Of a stretch of DNA of 64,000 nucleotides, positions 44,899 to 54,939 are shown one piece after another (positions within the stretch are counted from its first letter, which is position 1; the number at the start of each line of letters is the position of its first letter). Source of the stretch: Oscillospiraceae bacterium (GTDB lineage Bacteria; Bacillota; Clostridia; Oscillospirales; CAG-382). The translations under genes and the position numbers were made by a program. The notes beneath the pieces were generated by a model. The model had not been told where the DNA came from, did not search any database, and saw only the letters and a program-made list of their open reading frames with translations. The stretch lies in the NCBI GenBank assembly GCA_015065165.1, contig SVQU01000007.1:7403-71402 (forward strand). The letters are read 5' to 3'.

Positions 44899-45696
44899 TT
44901 ATGACAAAGAAACTGACGCTTCCTGAGGATTGGACACGTCGATTCTACCTGTAGCATCCGAATCCAATTCGTCTATTATCGCGACAAGAAAACGCATTTT
45001 AATATCAATATTATCCGTATCGCCTATATAAACCTCAAAACGATTATCGTAATTGATGCTTATATCAAATCGTGAAGTAAAATCGACGCGCTTTATCTTG
45101 CTTTGGATACCCATAGACTCAAACCCGCTATATAGAGCAGTAATCGAGGAAAGGTTTCTTTCATTTACGAATTCGATGTTACGGCCTACAAAACAACGTC
45201 GCACGTTATTTATCGAAATCGGAACCAAGCCCTCGTTGCTGTTTTTATCGGGGATACATTTTAAAACCTTCAAATTCGGAGATAAAATATATGTGTCCCC
45301 CGCTAAATAGGCGGAATAGTACGCTTTTTCCTCGGTAATATTAATTTCTACCGCAGACGGCAAATCTCGTTTAACTTCTACTTTGCCTACATACGGCAAA
45401 GCGTTTAAAATATCTTGCTCGATTGCATCGGTATCAAAAGAATAAATATTTTCGCCCATAGTTATTGCTACGTGCTCTAATATTTCTTCATATGAATAAT
45501 TTTCATTACCATTAATGTTTATTGTATTGACGTTTAAAAATACAGCGACACAAACGCCCAAGAAAACAATTGAAACAGCAAGGAACAGCAACACGTAGAA
45601 CACCGTGCGACGGGTTCTTTTTTTATCCTGTCTTCTTGCAGTATCGAAAATTGCCGTATTTTTTCTAACAAATCGCTGTTGTCCCACGTATTTCAC
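44899..45696 (-). CDS. ftsQ: cell division protein FtsQ/DivIB (POTRA)
   Basis: 265 aa with a basic N-terminus, a single TM, then POTRA (ININGNENYSYEEILE) and an FtsQ-type domain. The start is GTG at 45696. The exact start is uncertain, and GTG at 45687 is also possible. Confidence 0.75.
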   Translation of the reverse strand: MKYVGQQRFVRKNTAIFDTARRQDKKRTRRTVFYVLLFLAVSIVFLGVCVAVFLNVNTININGNENYSYEEILEHVAITMGENIYSFDTDAIEQDILNALPYVGKVEVKRDLPSAVEINITEEKAYYSAYLAGDTYILSPNLKVLKCIPDKNSNEGLVPISINNVRRCFVGRNIEFVNERNLSSITALYSGFESMGIQSKIKRVDFTSRFDISINYDNRFEVYIGDTDNIDIKMRFLVAIIDELDSDATGRIDVSNPQEASVSLS

Positions 45697-45709
45697 TTCC
45701 CTTCTGATT

Positions 45710-46816
45710 TTACTTATTCAATAGCGCCAACGCATTGTCAACTATTAAATCAACAGAATTGTTTGTAGCAAAATTCTTTATACTGTCGGACATACGCGCT
45801 CGCTTGTTTTTATTCTGCAAAAGTTCATCAACTGCTTCAGCCAGAAGTTTTCCGTTAATTTCATTTTCGCGATACACAATAGCCGCGCCCGCATCTGCTA
45901 GCAGACGTGCATTCTTATATTGATGGTCCTCAGTAACGTTAGGACTGGGGATAAATATCGCAGCACTGCCTCTTATTGCCAATTCCGACATAGTCATCGC
46001 GCCCGCACGGCAGATTATAACATCAGCGGCAGCCTGACGAACCGCCATATCGTAAATATACTCGGTAATTTCGAGATTTGGGTGCTCATAAAAGCCATTT
46101 TGTTTAGCTATATCCGAAAATTTCTCGTAACCTACTCTACCGATTGCATGACTATGGCGAACACCTTTAGGTATAGAGTAGCACTGGATTAAATCAAAAA
46201 TCAACTGATTAACCTTTTCCGCACCCATACTTCCACCATAAGAAAGTATATACGGTTCATTATCCGACATGCCCAATTTTCGTCTGGCTTCGGCTCTGGA
46301 CATACCATCGACAATTACGGGGTTACCTGTAATTGTCAATTTTTCCCGCTGTGCTTCATCAAAGAACTTTTCACTTCCCGCAAAAGAAATACAAACCTTG
46401 TCTGCAACCTTAGAAAGCATCTTTGTAGTTACGCCGGGAAATGCGTTTTGTTCGTGAATCAAGGTTGGTATCCCCAGCTTAGAAGCCGCCTTAACCGTAG
46501 GCCAAGAAACGTATCCGCCTGTTCCGATTACAAGATCGGGTTTAAATTTTTTGATAATTTTTTTTGCTTCAGACACCGACGTTAATGCGTGCCAAGCAGC
46601 CTTTATATTTTTAAGACTAAGACTTCTGGAAAAACCCGAAACCTCAACAAAATCGATTTTATAGCCCGCTTTAGGCACCAAAGAGCTTTCTATACCCCTT
46701 TTTGTGCCGATAAACATTATCTCTGTATCGGGCAAACGTTTTTTTATTGTTTCTGCGATATTTAGCGCGGGATTAACGTGTCCGCTTGTACCGCCGCCGC
46801 ATAAAATTACTTTCAT
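45710..46816 (-). CDS. murG: UDP-GlcNAc:lipid I GlcNAc transferase MurG
   Basis: 368 aa with GGGTSGHVNPAL and the C-terminal ICRAGAMTMSEL motif. Confidence 0.93.
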   Translation of the reverse strand: MKVILCGGGTSGHVNPALNIAETIKKRLPDTEIMFIGTKRGIESSLVPKAGYKIDFVEVSGFSRSLSLKNIKAAWHALTSVSEAKKIIKKFKPDLVIGTGGYVSWPTVKAASKLGIPTLIHEQNAFPGVTTKMLSKVADKVCISFAGSEKFFDEAQREKLTITGNPVIVDGMSRAEARRKLGMSDNEPYILSYGGSMGAEKVNQLIFDLIQCYSIPKGVRHSHAIGRVGYEKFSDIAKQNGFYEHPNLEITEYIYDMAVRQAAADVIICRAGAMTMSELAIRGSAAIFIPSPNVTEDHQYKNARLLADAGAAIVYRENEINGKLLAEAVDELLQNKNKRARMSDSIKNFATNNSVDLIVDNALALLNK

Positions 46817-46847
46817 TATATAACACCCTTTGGAGTAATTTTAAAAT

Positions 46848-48068
46848 TTAACCCTGTTCAACAAATGAATAACGAGATACGGATAATACAAGTCCCATTT
46901 CGCAAAGCAAAATCAGCAAGGAAGAACCGCCATAACTGAAAAACGGGAGACTTATACCCGTACTGGGAAGAGTATTAGACACAACAGCAAGATTAAGTAT
47001 AACCTGTATAACAATTTGCGATGTAATACCCATCGCCAACAAGGAGCAAAAACGGTTTGGTGTTTTTTGTGCTATGACAAAACCGCGATAAGCCAGTATT
47101 CCAAACAAAGAAATAACGCAAATCACACCAAAGAAACCAAGCTCTTCTGCAAGAATAGCGAAAATATAGTCATTTTGAGGTTCGGGCAGATAACCGTGCT
47201 TTTGGTTGCTTTGACCTAAGCCAAGTCCCCAAAAACCGCCCGAGCATATAGCATAAAGAGATTGTGCAGGCTGCCATCCCTTGCCGCCGGTTTCCCATGA
47301 CATATATTTAAAAGGATCGAACCAAATTTCCAAACGTGTGAAAACCTGCGGAACGTATTTTTCAAGAATCCCGCGGCCTGCGGTAAGAAAGAAGGTACCA
47401 ACAACACCAACCGAGCCGATAACCATACCAAAGTATGAACGCTTAATACCCGAAAGCCATAGCATCATAACTGCCAAAAGTAAAAGTATAATCGTTGCTG
47501 ACATATGGCTTTGCAATAATGTTGCAATACACGCGGGTATAGTAAGACCGATAATAGGAATTATACCGTGTCGCCAGGTTTTTATTCTCGACGCATTGTT
47601 ACTTATATACGTTGCTAAAACAAGAACCAATGCAAACTTAAGCAATTCTGACGGCTGAAACTCTACACCCATTACGTTAAACCATCTTGTCGCACCGTTA
47701 CGCGTGATGCCGAAAAACGGAACGATATAATTCAAACCCAAAACACCCAAATATATAGCGTAAGCAACTTGTTTAAGAATACCATAAGGAAAACGGGTGA
47801 ATCCCATCATCGCCGCCAAACCGGCAACCACGAAAAATATCTGGCTTCGTGCAAAATGATAGGAATCGTCAAAACGGGTTTCACCAACCGCATAGGAAGC
47901 CGAAAAAACCATAACCGAACCGATACAAACCAACGCTATTATTACAATAAGCATAGGTCTGTCGATTTCACCAATCATACGATATATTTGATTGGGGTTA
48001 ATTTTAACCGATTTCTTTTTAATTGTATCTTGTTTTGTCGAGGCGTTTTCAGAGTGATAATCAGCCAT
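46848..48068 (-). CDS. ftsW: SEDS-family peptidoglycan polymerase FtsW/SpoVE
   Basis: 406 aa, polytopic, with QPSELLK and PSTGISLPFFSYGGSS motifs. Confidence 0.9.
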   Translation of the reverse strand: MADYHSENASTKQDTIKKKSVKINPNQIYRMIGEIDRPMLIVIIALVCIGSVMVFSASYAVGETRFDDSYHFARSQIFFVVAGLAAMMGFTRFPYGILKQVAYAIYLGVLGLNYIVPFFGITRNGATRWFNVMGVEFQPSELLKFALVLVLATYISNNASRIKTWRHGIIPIIGLTIPACIATLLQSHMSATIILLLLAVMMLWLSGIKRSYFGMVIGSVGVVGTFFLTAGRGILEKYVPQVFTRLEIWFDPFKYMSWETGGKGWQPAQSLYAICSGGFWGLGLGQSNQKHGYLPEPQNDYIFAILAEELGFFGVICVISLFGILAYRGFVIAQKTPNRFCSLLAMGITSQIVIQVILNLAVVSNTLPSTGISLPFFSYGGSSLLILLCEMGLVLSVSRYSFVEQG

Positions 48069-48084
48069 AGATACATTCCTTTAA

Positions 48085-49089
48085 TCAAATAATTAACAAA
48101 TAATACGTAAGTGCACAAAACAGAACGGTTATTGCGGAAAAAACAGCAACAATTTTTACCTCGGACCAACCGCATTTTTCAAAATGATGATGAATCGGGC
48201 TCATTTTAAAAACTCGTTTGCCGGTCAACTTAAACGAACCAACTTGGATAATTACGGATAATCCCTCGATTATCCAAATGCAAGAAATAGGGAGCAGTAA
48301 AACCTCACTATTTGTAAGCATTACTACGCCGACAATAAAGCCGCCCAAATACAGCGAACCTGTATCTCCCATAAAAATCTTCGCAGGGTGAAAATTAAAT
48401 ATAAGAAACGCCAACAAACCACCGCAAAGCGCTGCACAAGGGATAGCAATAGCCATATTATCGCTATTTAAGCCGTAAAGAAGGAACAAGATGCTTATTA
48501 TAAAAGCGATGCTGCCGGCTAATCCATCGATACCGTCGGTAAGATTAGCGCAATTGATTATATATGCAATCGCCAAAAGCATTATGAAATAATAAAATAT
48601 TCCAAAATCGACAGAAGCACCCCAAGGGAATTCAATAACGGTGTCATATCCATTGTAGCGAACGTTTACAAAGAGGTAAACCGCAACAGACAAAAACTGC
48701 AATATAAGCTTTTGGGTACCACTGAGACCTTTATTTCTCTTTTTGAAAAGCTTCACATAGTCATCTACAAATCCGATAACACCTTGAGAAAGCGCCAAGC
48801 CGAATAAAGTAATAGACATAGCAAAATAATTTGTTTGCTTTTCTAATATACCCAGCGAGGACAATCTCCACGTACCAACAAGATAGGCGACAACGCAGGC
48901 TATGATAAAAAACAATCCGCCCAAATTGGGTGTACCTTCCTTGCATTTATGCCAAGAAGGTCCTATTTCCAAAATTTTCTGTCCCAGCTTCACCTTACGT
49001 AGCAGAGGGATGAATATTTTATAAAGTATTACCCCCAGAATCAGCGAAACCGCCAAGGTAATCATCGCGACAATTTGACAGCTATTCAT
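48085..49089 (-). CDS. mraY: phospho-N-acetylmuramoyl-pentapeptide transferase
   Basis: 334 aa with NLTDGIDGLA, FMGDTGSL and SPIHHHFE. Confidence 0.95.
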   Translation of the reverse strand: MNSCQIVAMITLAVSLILGVILYKIFIPLLRKVKLGQKILEIGPSWHKCKEGTPNLGGLFFIIACVVAYLVGTWRLSSLGILEKQTNYFAMSITLFGLALSQGVIGFVDDYVKLFKKRNKGLSGTQKLILQFLSVAVYLFVNVRYNGYDTVIEFPWGASVDFGIFYYFIMLLAIAYIINCANLTDGIDGLAGSIAFIISILFLLYGLNSDNMAIAIPCAALCGGLLAFLIFNFHPAKIFMGDTGSLYLGGFIVGVVMLTNSEVLLLPISCIWIIEGLSVIIQVGSFKLTGKRVFKMSPIHHHFEKCGWSEVKIVAVFSAITVLFCALTYYLLII

Positions 49090-49101
49090 GCGAAACTCCT
49101 T

Positions 49102-50445
49102 TTATACAATGATTTCCGAAAGATTAATACCGTTACTTGCTTTATACAAAACAACATCTTCAAACCGAATAAAATCCTTCAGGAATACACCTAAATCCTT
49201 TTTTTGAGTTAAGTCAAAGTGATATTTTTCAACAACCACAGCGTTCTGGTTGATGAATTTAGAAAACTCTCCGTAGGTAACAAGCACGTCTGCACAGCCG
49301 TTGGTATATTCTCCGACCAATTTATGCAGTCTTTCGGATTCTGTACCTAATTCCAACATATCACCAAGCACGGCAATACGTCTTCCCTTCTGCGCTGAAA
49401 GAACGTCCAACGCAGCTTTCATAGATTCGGGAGAAGCATTGTAGCAATCCGAAATTACAGTATGACCTTCTTTTTCAAAAATGTGCTGACGCTTTCCGTC
49501 GCTTTCATAAGAAGCCAGCATTTTTGCCGAAGCGTAAATATCAACACCAAGTAAATGGCAAGTTCCAAGGGCAAACAAAGCATTTAAAATGAAATGCTTT
49601 CCCTTAACATGCAATTCAACTGCGATTTCTTTTCCAAACACGCAAGCGGTGAACAATACACCGTTTGTTGTTTCTGTTACACCTTTTGCATAACAATCGC
49701 ACTTATCATCATTTACCGATACAAAATATCGACATCTGTCAGATAATTCAGAATTCTTCAATAACGGTTCATCACCGTTAAGAAGCAATATAGAGTTCCT
49801 TTTGGAAAACTCTGCAATTTTCAGTTTTTCGTCCTTTATCGCTTCTCTGGTGCCGAGATTTTCGATATGCGAATAACCTATGTTTGTGATAATGGAAATA
49901 TCGGGCATTGCACATCTGGCGATACGTTCCATTTCGCCTTTCATACTCATACCAAGCTCTACAACAGCACAGTCAACGTCCTTCGGAGTAGCCAAAACCG
50001 TTTGAGGGAGACCAACCTGGCTGTTGAAATTGCCTTGAGTTTTATGAACCTTTAGCGTAGCAGAAAGCGCAAGAGAGACCATATCTTTCGTTGTAGTCTT
50101 CCCTACCGAGCCCGTTATTCCTACCATAGGAATAGAATTAATAACTGTTTCACGGTAATACTTCGCAAGGAGCTGTAACGCCGAACGAACGTCATCAACA
50201 TATATAATATCTCCGTTTAATGACAAATTCGATTCATCATCAGTCATCACCGCAAAGCCTTTAGAAACCAACGCAGGCACGAAAGAGTTACCGTCAACAC
50301 GTTCTCCACGAAGAGCAAGAAACAATTTATCGTCGGTCGCATTGCGGCTATCGGTATAAAACCCGCTGATTTCACGATTCGCACATGCGCCAGCAGATAA
50401 TTTTCCTTTAATAACAGCCGCAATACTTGAAAGAGACATTATCAT
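49102..50445 (-). CDS. murF: UDP-MurNAc-tripeptide--D-Ala-D-Ala ligase
   Basis: 447 aa with DSRNATDDKLFLALRGERVDGN and the P-loop GITGSVGKTTTKDM (MurF-type). Its ATG overlaps the PBP stop (TAATG). Confidence 0.9.
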   Translation of the reverse strand: MIMSLSSIAAVIKGKLSAGACANREISGFYTDSRNATDDKLFLALRGERVDGNSFVPALVSKGFAVMTDDESNLSLNGDIIYVDDVRSALQLLAKYYRETVINSIPMVGITGSVGKTTTKDMVSLALSATLKVHKTQGNFNSQVGLPQTVLATPKDVDCAVVELGMSMKGEMERIARCAMPDISIITNIGYSHIENLGTREAIKDEKLKIAEFSKRNSILLLNGDEPLLKNSELSDRCRYFVSVNDDKCDCYAKGVTETTNGVLFTACVFGKEIAVELHVKGKHFILNALFALGTCHLLGVDIYASAKMLASYESDGKRQHIFEKEGHTVISDCYNASPESMKAALDVLSAQKGRRIAVLGDMLELGTESERLHKLVGEYTNGCADVLVTYGEFSKFINQNAVVVEKYHFDLTQKKDLGVFLKDFIRFEDVVLYKASNGINLSEIIV

Positions 50446-52715
50446 TATTCGATATCCTCGTCATACAAAAATTCAATTTCTATTACAGTACCGGGCAGTA
50501 CCTTATCTCCATAAGGAACAGACTGAGAATAAACCTTACAGTTGCTGTAATCATTATTGAAAATACCCTTTATTGAAACGTTAAGATTGTTGTTCAACAG
50601 GTATTTTATTGCATTTGTGGGAGATTGACCGATAAGGTTAGGAACGGTAACGTCGGCTTCGATTTCTACGCCTGTAGTATAAAGTATAACTACACCGTTT
50701 TCGGAAATAACCGTACCGTTCGAAGGTAATTGACTAACAACTGCATCTCCGTTGCCGCGAACAACGCATTTAACCCCGAGAGTTTCTTCGATGTCATTCT
50801 TTGCCGCTTCAACAGATTTACCAACATAGTTAGGAACAGTTATATTTGTCTGCGATTCCGCATTAGGAGAAATACCCAAGTGAGGCAGCACTTCTGTGAG
50901 AATGTTCGATACAACAGGTGCCGCAACAGCAGAACCGTAATACTGTCCCATAGTAGGATCGTCCACTAAAACGAGAATAGCGATTTGCGGGTCTTCCGCA
51001 GGAGCAAAGGTAACACAAGAGCTTACGTAGTCGTTTTCCTGCTCGGTGTCTCGTTTTTCCGAAGTACCTGTTTTAGATACTACGTTATAACCCGTAACAG
51101 AAGCATTTTTTGTAGAGTTAATTAAACTTGTCAGAATAGTGTTACAGGAGCTTTCCGAAATAACCTGACGGGCAGATTCGTACTTGAAGGTTTTAACAAC
51201 GTTACCGTCGTCATCAACCAAGGATTTAACAGTATGCGGATAAACCAAATATCCGCCGTTTGCTACAGCTGACATAGCTCGCAAATGCTGTATAGGCGTA
51301 ACCTTAAAGGTCTGACCGAAAGAATATGTCGCAAGCTCGACAGCCTGGAACTGCGCGCCTGTATTTTCATAATAAATCGAAGAAGCTTCGCCCAGCAAAT
51401 CACTGCCGATAACTTGGGTATAGCCAAATTCTTCAAAATATTTCTGGAATCGCGAAGTGTTAATCGCTTGACCCATTTGAATAAATGCGGGGTTGCAGGA
51501 ATTTACAATTGCTTCCGAGAAATTCTGCGTACCATGACCGATAAGCTTATGGCAGTGAATTGTTACACCTGCCACATCCCTTGCGCCGTTACAGGGAAAC
51601 GATGTGGTTTGCGGGTCAATCGCTCCCACTTCCAAGGCAATAGCGCTTGTAATGATTTTAAAAGTAGAACCGGGCTCGTAGGTTTGCGTAGCGATAGTAT
51701 TGTTCCACATTTTATACAAAAGCTCGGTTTTGTACGCGGCACGTTCTTCTTCTGTACCGATAAACAAATCGTATTCTTCTTGATAAACCTCGGAAAGAGT
51801 GTTGTAATTATTCAAATCAAAGTTGGGATATATTCCCGAGGCAAGAATTTCACCGTTATCAACGTCCATAACGATACATTCCACTCTACCGTTGGGTTTA
51901 TGCTCGTTATATGCCTGAAGAATATATTTTTCAACAGTATTTTGGATAGACCAATCGATTGTACTGACAACGTTCAATCCGTCGGTTGCAGGAATATAAG
52001 TAGATATAAGTCCTGTATCAAGCTCGTTGCCATATCCGTCTGCCGCTTTCACAGATTTGCCGTTAACACCGGAAAGGTATTCGTTATAAGCAAGCTCTAT
52101 GCCCGCCAAACCCTGATTATCCGTGCCCGTATATCCCAACATATGGGATGCAAAACTGCCATAACGATAAAAACGTTTCGTAGTCTCTTCCAAATGTATT
52201 ATTGTTTCAAGATCGTTTTCGGTTATAAAGGCTCTTACCGCTTCTTCCTCAGCCTCACTAAGAAATTTCTTGATAATTTGATATTGAGAATTGCGATTTT
52301 GACCTTTATCTACAATTTCATTTTTTTCAACGCGGAGAATGGATGAAAGACCTTCTGAAACAACGTTTAAAACTTCATTAAAGCTACGTTCTTTTTCTGT
52401 ACCCTTAGTATCGTCCGCAAGTTTTTGAATGTGGTGAGGCGAAATAAAACAATTATATACGGTTGCACTAAAGGCAAGCTCGGTAGTAGCATCGTTTGCG
52501 TAAATAGTACCGCGCTTGGCAGCAATCGTAACAGAACTTGTATATTGGTCCTGCGCACTGTTACGAAACCCTTTAGGATCTATCAGTTGCAAATACGCAA
52601 AGCGTCCGCACATACCCAACATCAACACGAAAATGAAGAACAATGCCCAGCGACCTCTGGATGCAATAGTGCGACTGACACCCGACGGTTGTATATTTCT
52701 TCTTGTATTTGCCAT
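50445..52715 (-). CDS. class B penicillin-binding protein (FtsI/PBP2B/SpoVD-like) with two C-terminal PASTA domains
   Basis: 756 aa with an N-terminal TM, the SxxK motif (PGSTFK), SCN, KTG(T) (SKTGTS), and two PASTA repeats (VPNYVGKS... and VPNLIGQS...). Confidence 0.9.
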   Translation of the reverse strand: MANTRRNIQPSGVSRTIASRGRWALFFIFVLMLGMCGRFAYLQLIDPKGFRNSAQDQYTSSVTIAAKRGTIYANDATTELAFSATVYNCFISPHHIQKLADDTKGTEKERSFNEVLNVVSEGLSSILRVEKNEIVDKGQNRNSQYQIIKKFLSEAEEEAVRAFITENDLETIIHLEETTKRFYRYGSFASHMLGYTGTDNQGLAGIELAYNEYLSGVNGKSVKAADGYGNELDTGLISTYIPATDGLNVVSTIDWSIQNTVEKYILQAYNEHKPNGRVECIVMDVDNGEILASGIYPNFDLNNYNTLSEVYQEEYDLFIGTEEERAAYKTELLYKMWNNTIATQTYEPGSTFKIITSAIALEVGAIDPQTTSFPCNGARDVAGVTIHCHKLIGHGTQNFSEAIVNSCNPAFIQMGQAINTSRFQKYFEEFGYTQVIGSDLLGEASSIYYENTGAQFQAVELATYSFGQTFKVTPIQHLRAMSAVANGGYLVYPHTVKSLVDDDGNVVKTFKYESARQVISESSCNTILTSLINSTKNASVTGYNVVSKTGTSEKRDTEQENDYVSSCVTFAPAEDPQIAILVLVDDPTMGQYYGSAVAAPVVSNILTEVLPHLGISPNAESQTNITVPNYVGKSVEAAKNDIEETLGVKCVVRGNGDAVVSQLPSNGTVISENGVVILYTTGVEIEADVTVPNLIGQSPTNAIKYLLNNNLNVSIKGIFNNDYSNCKVYSQSVPYGDKVLPGTVIEIEFLYDEDIE

Positions 52716-52865
52716 AAACCGCAGTTTCCTTTCAACAAATTCATTATTTATTAATAAGACAAATGGGTAATGAGATTTTCAACCCCGTTACCCTGCCATA
52801 GAGAGTGTGCCGAAGAATCGGCATACTCTAAATATATTCGCCGTTCGTGAATTAATTACAAATTA

Positions 52866-52894
52866 ATTATATCACAATTCAGTCGCGTTGTATA
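52866..52894 (-). promoter_or_regulatory. possible internal promoter ahead of the PBP gene (TATACA-17-TGaTATAAT)
   Basis: On the minus strand, an extended -10 TGaTATAAT has TATAAT at 52866-52871, and -35 TATACA is at 52889-52894. It lies in the 192-bp ftsL-PBP spacer. Confidence 0.35.
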
Positions 52895-52907
52895 GAGATT
52901 TTTTATA

Positions 52908-53462
52908 TTAATTCCAAAAATCTCTTATAACTTCTCCGAAACCGCTAAGAAGGAAACCGAAACCGCCTTCATCACCGTCATCATATGTATGCATTTCGAC
53001 CTTGTCTCCCTGCTCGATGGTTATAACCTTGCGATTGGTGATTTGATTTCCGGGTACCATACCCAATTGCTCGGTAGCGTATTCACCGATTTCCGCAAGG
53101 TCATATTTGTTGTTAAGAGTTACCTGCAGTTCATCCTGACTCTTCTGCATAGACGCTATCTTATTATCCAAGGAAACGATTTCTTTTTGGTATTTATTCA
53201 CTTCCGCATAGTTCATCATCATAAACAAGAACATACAGGTAAACAATACGCAAATAATAACGGCAGACCAAGGAAAAGGTGCCTTATCCTGCTTTTTTAT
53301 AGTAACAATTTTTGGTGCACGCACCGCATGCATAGAAGAATGGCGCTTTGCAGAATTCGATTTTTTACGTGCAATATTTGCTTTTTTCACATTATTAGAC
53401 GTTTTTGCAACAAGCATAGCGCCGTTTCGACTTTGGTTGGAGTTATTTACGTTTCTCTGCAT
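52908..53462 (-). CDS. ftsL: FtsL-like septum-formation protein (bitopic, coiled coil)
   Basis: 184 aa with a long basic N-terminus, one TM (WSAVIICVLFTCMFLFMMM) and a coiled coil (KEIVSLDNKIASMQKSQDELQ). It occupies the position between rsmH and the PBP gene. Confidence 0.6.
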   Translation of the reverse strand: MQRNVNNSNQSRNGAMLVAKTSNNVKKANIARKKSNSAKRHSSMHAVRAPKIVTIKKQDKAPFPWSAVIICVLFTCMFLFMMMNYAEVNKYQKEIVSLDNKIASMQKSQDELQVTLNNKYDLAEIGEYATEQLGMVPGNQITNRKVITIEQGDKVEMHTYDDGDEGGFGFLLSGFGEVIRDFWN

Positions 53463-53490
53463 TTTTACACCTTTCTTAATTCATAATTAT

Positions 53491-54420
53491 TTATACTCGT
53501 TCGCAAACTCTCAGTTTCGCGCTGTGGGATCTGCTGTTTTGTTTTAATTCCTCTTCGGTAGGAAGTATAGGCTTTTTTGTTATTACTTTTACTTTAGGAA
53601 CGTTTCCGCATACACAAACAGGAAAATCACTGGGACAAGTACAAGGATTTTCAAGGTCTCTGAAACCGTTTTTAACAATTCGATCCTCTAACGAATGGAA
53701 GCTGATTATCGCCATTCTTCCTCCAAGATTCAGCATATCCACGCCATCGTTAATGGCTCTCGGTATGCAATCCAACTCGCCGTTGACCTCGATTCTTATA
53801 GCTTGGAAGGTACGTTTTGCGGGATGTCCGCCCTCGCGGCGATATTTCGCAGGTAACGCCGACGTTATCACATCAGCCAAAGCCAGCGTGGTCATTATTG
53901 GAGATTCTTTTCGTGCGGCGCATATTTTAGCCGCTATAGATGAAGCAAAACGTTCTTCTCCGTAATCTCGCATAATTCTTATTAAATCTCGTTCGGAATA
54001 AGCGTTAACCACCTCGTATGCATTTAATGAAGCTGTGCGATCCATCCTCATATCCAACGGCGCATCCTGCATATACGAAAAGCCACGTTCCGCCACGTCG
54101 AGTTGGTGAGAAGATACTCCCAAGTCCATCAAAATCCCGTCAACCTTTTCTATACCAAGAGAGTTAACGGCGTTTGCTATGTTTTCGAAGTTGTCTTTTA
54201 CAGTAATTAATCGCTTATCGTTGATTTTTTCCTTAGCATTCATCAAGGCATCGTCATCACGGTCAATACCAATCACCCTGCCGTTTTCACCAAGGCGGCT
54301 GAGTATTAACGACGTATGCCCTGCACCGCCCAAGGTGCAATCCACATAAATGCCGTCGGGCTTAACACAAAGAGAATCTACTGTTTCATTCAAAAGAACC
54401 GTTATATGCGAAAAATTCAT
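53491..54420 (-). CDS. rsmH: 16S rRNA (cytosine1402-N4)-methyltransferase
   Basis: 309 aa with HITVLLNE, DCTLGGAGH, DLGVSSHQLD and ISFHSLEDR. Confidence 0.95.
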   Translation of the reverse strand: MNFSHITVLLNETVDSLCVKPDGIYVDCTLGGAGHTSLILSRLGENGRVIGIDRDDDALMNAKEKINDKRLITVKDNFENIANAVNSLGIEKVDGILMDLGVSSHQLDVAERGFSYMQDAPLDMRMDRTASLNAYEVVNAYSERDLIRIMRDYGEERFASSIAAKICAARKESPIMTTLALADVITSALPAKYRREGGHPAKRTFQAIRIEVNGELDCIPRAINDGVDMLNLGGRMAIISFHSLEDRIVKNGFRDLENPCTCPSDFPVCVCGNVPKVKVITKKPILPTEEELKQNSRSHSAKLRVCERV

Positions 54421-54421
54421 T

Positions 54422-54841
54422 TTAGAATCCCAACTCTATTAATTCTTCGGTAATTTCATCGTTGTTGATGTATGTCTGTTCTTCTGCCCACGCTTCTGCA
54501 GACCAGATTTCAAGGTGCGAACGGTTGCCAACAATAACAACGTCTTTTTCCAGGTTTGCCATAGTACGATAGTTTTGCGAAAGGCTTACGCGCCCTTGAG
54601 AATCTATAGTGCCTTCGTATGCGCCCGCATAGAAGAAACGGCGTACACGGCGTTCTTTCGCCATGGGCAATTCTTCGATCTTGGCCGTGAACTTCTCCCA
54701 CTCGTCTTTAGGATAAACGCAAACGCAATTATCCAAACCTCTTGAGAAAATAAACTCTTCACCCAATTTCTCGCGAAGCTTTGCAGGTATAAACAGACGC
54801 CCTTTGGCATCTATAGTATGCTTGTATTCGCCATAGAACAT
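54422..54841 (-). CDS. mraZ: transcriptional regulator MraZ
   Basis: I moved the start to ATG 54841 (MFYGEYKHTIDAKGRLFIPAKLR), with RBS GGAAGGAG 8 nt upstream. There are two SpoVT/AbrB-like halves (DAKGRLFIP and DSQGRVSL). The upstream 32 codons of the ORF-track call contain the promoter. Confidence 0.92.
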   Translation of the reverse strand: MFYGEYKHTIDAKGRLFIPAKLREKLGEEFIFSRGLDNCVCVYPKDEWEKFTAKIEELPMAKERRVRRFFYAGAYEGTIDSQGRVSLSQNYRTMANLEKDVVIVGNRSHLEIWSAEAWAEEQTYINNDEITEELIELGF

Positions 54842-54904
54842 CCGCCTATCTCCTTCCGCTTGAAGTTTAATCCTCAAAAAAGCATTTTTGTGGGAAGTCG
54901 CTCC

Positions 54905-54932
54905 GTATGTGTGCCACTTTGCACCACCTTTA
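54905..54932 (-). promoter_or_regulatory. candidate MraZ operator: GTGG boxes in 10-bp register just downstream of the -10
   Basis: The minus strand reads TATAATaaatgcataAAGGTGGtgcAAAGTGGcacacatacgg. The GTGG cores (plus-strand CCAC at 54924-54927 and 54914-54917) are exactly 10 bp apart. Confidence 0.4.
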
Positions 54933-54939
54933 TGCATTT

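Noticed and set aside
52802-52829. The hairpin in the ftsL-PBP spacer as an intrinsic terminator.
   Set aside because: No U-tract follows it on either strand. On the sense (minus) strand the stem has an A-C mismatch. I kept it only as a possible leader structure.
54842-54937. An N-terminal 32-codon extension of mraZ. Similar over-extended starts occur at 25663 (blaI-like), 39907 (CMP-kinase-like), 2350 (leuB), 15272, 25633 (thyA) and 32556 (mutS2).
   Set aside because: The extensions run through promoters or the preceding gene and lack an RBS. In each case an internal ATG with an AGGAGG-like RBS gives the family-typical N-terminus.
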